A DNA stretch of 63,778 bases, filler included, from Circinaria calcarea (Eukaryota), in NCBI GenBank assembly GCA_051942165.1. It is 28 parts of 28 records of this genome, joined end to end, with 100 filler letters (N's around TTAATTAATTAA, not from the genome) between each part and the next. Parts side by side here need not be neighbours in the genome. Positions count along the whole stretch, not along the records: positions 59,341 to 61,509 come from JAVECS010003808.1; positions 61,610 to 63,778 come from JAVECS010003809.1; 26 more parts are not named here. One strand, 5' to 3'. Below the pieces are notes generated by a model. That model saw only the letters and a list, made by a program, of their open reading frames with translations, made no database searches and was not told the DNA's origin. The number at the start of each line of letters is the position of its first letter. Positions within the stretch are counted from its first letter, which is position 1. Of the stretch, positions 60,861 through 63,778 are shown piece after piece. A program made the position numbers and the translations under genes.

Positions 60861-61609
60861 ACTTACTAGTAGAATTCAAGAGCTGCCTATAAGCGTCTAA
60901 ACCCGAGTTGAAGTCTTACGGACCGAATGCTTGGATAGAAATACACACGACTGTTCTAGGTACGAGCATAACCGGACGTTCTCGCTTTGCCGCCCGATTG
61001 GTTACCGTTGTTAAGCTTACTGCGACCTTCAGACATGACCGAGATTGCAATGCCTAACCCTACATCTAACGACTCAAATAAGAGAGACATAATCTGCTAA
61101 CTTTGATTTCCCTTCACTAAACATAAGACAGTCATTGGCAGCGAGCTTTGTTAGGGTTCTAGAAGCTTTGCAGCAGTCTGTTTAGGGTTCGGGATTTCAC
61201 ACACGGGAGGACTCATTGGCAAGCTACGGCTAAACCTAACGAGCTTTTGCGACTGGGAGTCCTATCGTGGTGCAGATTGCTTCACGCAACTTCTATGCAC
61301 GGGCTATAACCTATACAACGCTATCGGTCCGTTTATGGAAGGGGGGTGGTAGCACCGGATTAGTCAGTCTATGGCATCAAGCGCCTTCCTCACGCAAAGT
61401 TCATTATTGTAGGGCAGGTGGGGGGCGCTACAAACCCGTTTATTAGGGGGTATATTAATTAGTCAAATACAGCGAACGGATGGGTAGCCTACCGTGCACA
61501 CGTCACGGGNNNNNNNNNNNNNNNNNNNNNNNNNNNNNNNNNNNNNNNNNNNNTTAATTAATTAANNNNNNNNNNNNNNNNNNNNNNNNNNNNNNNNNNN
61601 NNNNNNNNN

Positions 61610-62743
61610 GATCAACGGTTCTCAATTCTGATAACTCCATGGTTTTGATTGACTTGCCGTCTTCACCTTGGGCCCATCTCATTGCTTTGAGCCCGACAAC
61701 ATCCACAACACCCACAAATTGACCATTGCCACCACCTTCGAACCATGGTATCTGACATACTGCAGGCCAAGCACGCAGCTTTGAAGCAATTTCCTTGACA
61801 GTCTTCCCAAAGGCAGCCCCGTCTCTATCCAACTTGTTGACATAGATGATCTTTGGGATTTGATAAGTAGCTGCCTGATACCATACCTTTTCCGTTTGAG
61901 CTTCAACACCGGCAACACCATCAAGGATACAAACTGCCCCATCTAAGATACGAAGTGACCGTAGAACTTCAAAGGTGAAGTCTGCATGTCCTGGTGTATC
62001 GATGAGATTGATGGTGTGAGATAGATGCCTTTGTCCCTGAAAGCTCATGGGGGTTACGTGTTTGCCACTATGGATGGGTTCATCCCGCTGTGGAGGCCAG
62101 TAGAAGGTAATAGCGGCGGATTGTATGGTTATACCTCGAGCTCTTTCAGCCGGGAGGAAGTCCGTGACTGTAGACCCATCATCGACGTCTATTAAATGTA
62201 ACATGAGCTTCTTGTCACGTAAATTTAAGGAAGGACAGCTTTGCCCAAAGTTTCAACAATTGCCAACTATATGGATATAAATTTCCGACACATGTGTCTG
62301 TAACCTACGAAGAATCGAGATATCTGCTGCGAAGTTGCAGGAAAAAGACAATAACAATTGAGATTACAGTACGACAAAAGTAGAGAAAGATGATAGTACC
62401 TCCAATTCTCCGAGTATAGCCACTGTAATAGAGCATACGCTCTGTCGTCGTCGTTTTGCCCTGGCCCAATTTAGCAAGTATAAAGTTTTTGATCTTAAGA
62501 TTGCCTACTGCATCGATATGAGCTATGATACCAATATTGCGAGTCGTACTTCTCAGTGTCTCTATTTCATTGCAGGGCTCTGGAGACGATTTTGAAGCAA
62601 AGCCCCTTTTGCTGTAAAGCAGCGTTCTCTGCCATTCTCGCTGCCACAGGCGGGGCGTGAAGAGATATACTGAAGCCCCAGCTATATGACATTTATAGTT
62701 GACAATGGCATGTTGCAAAATAAGATCAGTACAAGAAAACATG
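61610..62743 (-). CDS. MEF2: Mitochondrial ribosome-releasing factor 2 (EF-G2mt), 5' part; start uncertain
   Basis: [61 protein letters not shown]. Confidence 0.92.
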
Positions 62744-63107
62744 TAAGAAAATGTTGAATCACACAAATTTCGCAATTCTTGAGATTGTATTTCTTTGCTC
62801 CAGCTTTTGCTCTACATGGGTCGGAATAATAGGACGGGCCGGGCAGTCAGATCTAAGAACCACAAGTCGACAGAGGGGCATCAGTGGAACACTGCTCCTG
62901 TCACAAAAGACAGGGTCGACACTTCGAAACCTGTGCTCTTTCAATCCGTGGCGTTCCATTGTGGTGATTGGTCGTTCTGTGCTATGTGTGCCAGCAAGGG
63001 GTTCATGCCTTAAGATGCCTTGATGAACATCGGCCTCTGAGCTTCTCCTCCTCTTCCAGCGCGGTCTATTAAGACATCCCACTCTCCCGGCAAGGGGTCA
63101 AAGCAGC

Positions 63108-63778
63108 ATGGATTATTCCCAGTTGCCCACCGATCCGGACCTCCCAGCTGGCACTTCACCGTGGCAATCCTCCCCACGGCCTACTAGAGGACCAAGCTAC
63201 AGTGTACCAGCTGAAAACAGGCCCCCGCAAGAAGCATCCTCGTCGCCATACCGAGACCAACATGCGGAATCAAGTCAAGAAGAGGATGCCGACCATGAAA
63301 TATCAGGTAATAACAATGGAGAATATTCAAGGCCTGAGACGGCGGGGAGCGGATCAGCTCCCACCGAGAATGGGAGTTCGCCAGACCTGTCGACGAGGCT
63401 TCAGAGTCCTCCATTGACAGAACAAGGGTTTGCTCCCCAACAACGACAACCCTCGCAGTATTCACAACAACACTATCAACATCAGCAGCAGCGTCAGCCT
63501 TCATACCAACAACAACCTCGAGCTCATGCCCAAGGCAGGTACCAGAATACGAATCGTGGTCAACGGCAGAACGTTCCACAATACAAGTTACAGGCGAAAA
63601 TTACCGCACTTGAACGGACAGGGAGGAAAGACCCAATCCTCCGGTTCGATGTACATGTAAGCTCGACGGAAATCCAAGTGTCATCGAGAAACGTTAACCT
63701 CGGCTTAGACAAACCTCCCCAAATTCCGAACGACTCAATTTCGCGATGTCCGACGTACCCATTCGGAGTTTGTCAAGT
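63108..63778 (+). CDS. VPS17: Retromer sorting nexin Vps17, 5' part (missed by the ORF track)
   Basis: MDYSQLP...YKLQAKITALERTGRKDPILRFDVH, intron 63657-63708, TNLPKFRTTQFRDVRRTHSEFVK. Confidence 0.92.
   Translation, partial: MDYSQLPTDPDLPAGTSPWQSSPRPTRGPSYSVPAENRPPQEASSSPYRDQHAESSQEEDADHEISGNNNGEYSRPETAGSGSAPTENGSSPDLSTRLQSPPLTEQGFAPQQRQPSQYSQQHYQHQQQRQPSYQQQPRAHAQGRYQNTNRGQRQNVPQYKLQAKITALERTGRKDPILRFDVHVSSTEIQVSSRNVNLGLDKPPQIPNDSISRCPTYPFGVCQ

Overview
Eukaryotic, intron-rich DNA from a filamentous ascomycete (Pezizomycotina; the narrower taxon cannot be fixed from sequence alone). The window is not contiguous genome. It is 28 unlinked contigs of about 2.17-2.20 kb, ordered by decreasing length and joined by 27 artificial 100-nt N-TTAATTAATTAA-N linkers, so neighbourhood is meaningful only within a contig. 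Recognisable, mostly partial genes include CYP51, RPB9, ESS1/PIN1 (complete), Rds1-like, GST-kappa, ArfGAP, PRMT5, CysRS, SGF29, a GMC oxidoreductase, TVP38 (complete), Tho1-like, PHO85, CYP52, ATG22, TAO3, P450 reductase, a TauD-family enzyme, FMN1, MEF2 and VPS17. There are also decayed relics (MFS, kinase, SF1 helicase, HR-PKS), a MITE and two solo LTRs. The standout is contig 34330-36506, a terminally redundant 2085-bp unit. It carries one 260-bp LTR with a Tf1/sushi-type self-priming signature, an intact 348-aa gag, no pol, and in place of pol an array of about 20 covarying RNA hairpins joined by conserved linkers. Other highlights are an in-frame Cys-rich/acidic alternative C-terminus inside an RPB9 intron and a Cys-to-Asp change at the ESS1/PIN1 catalytic position.
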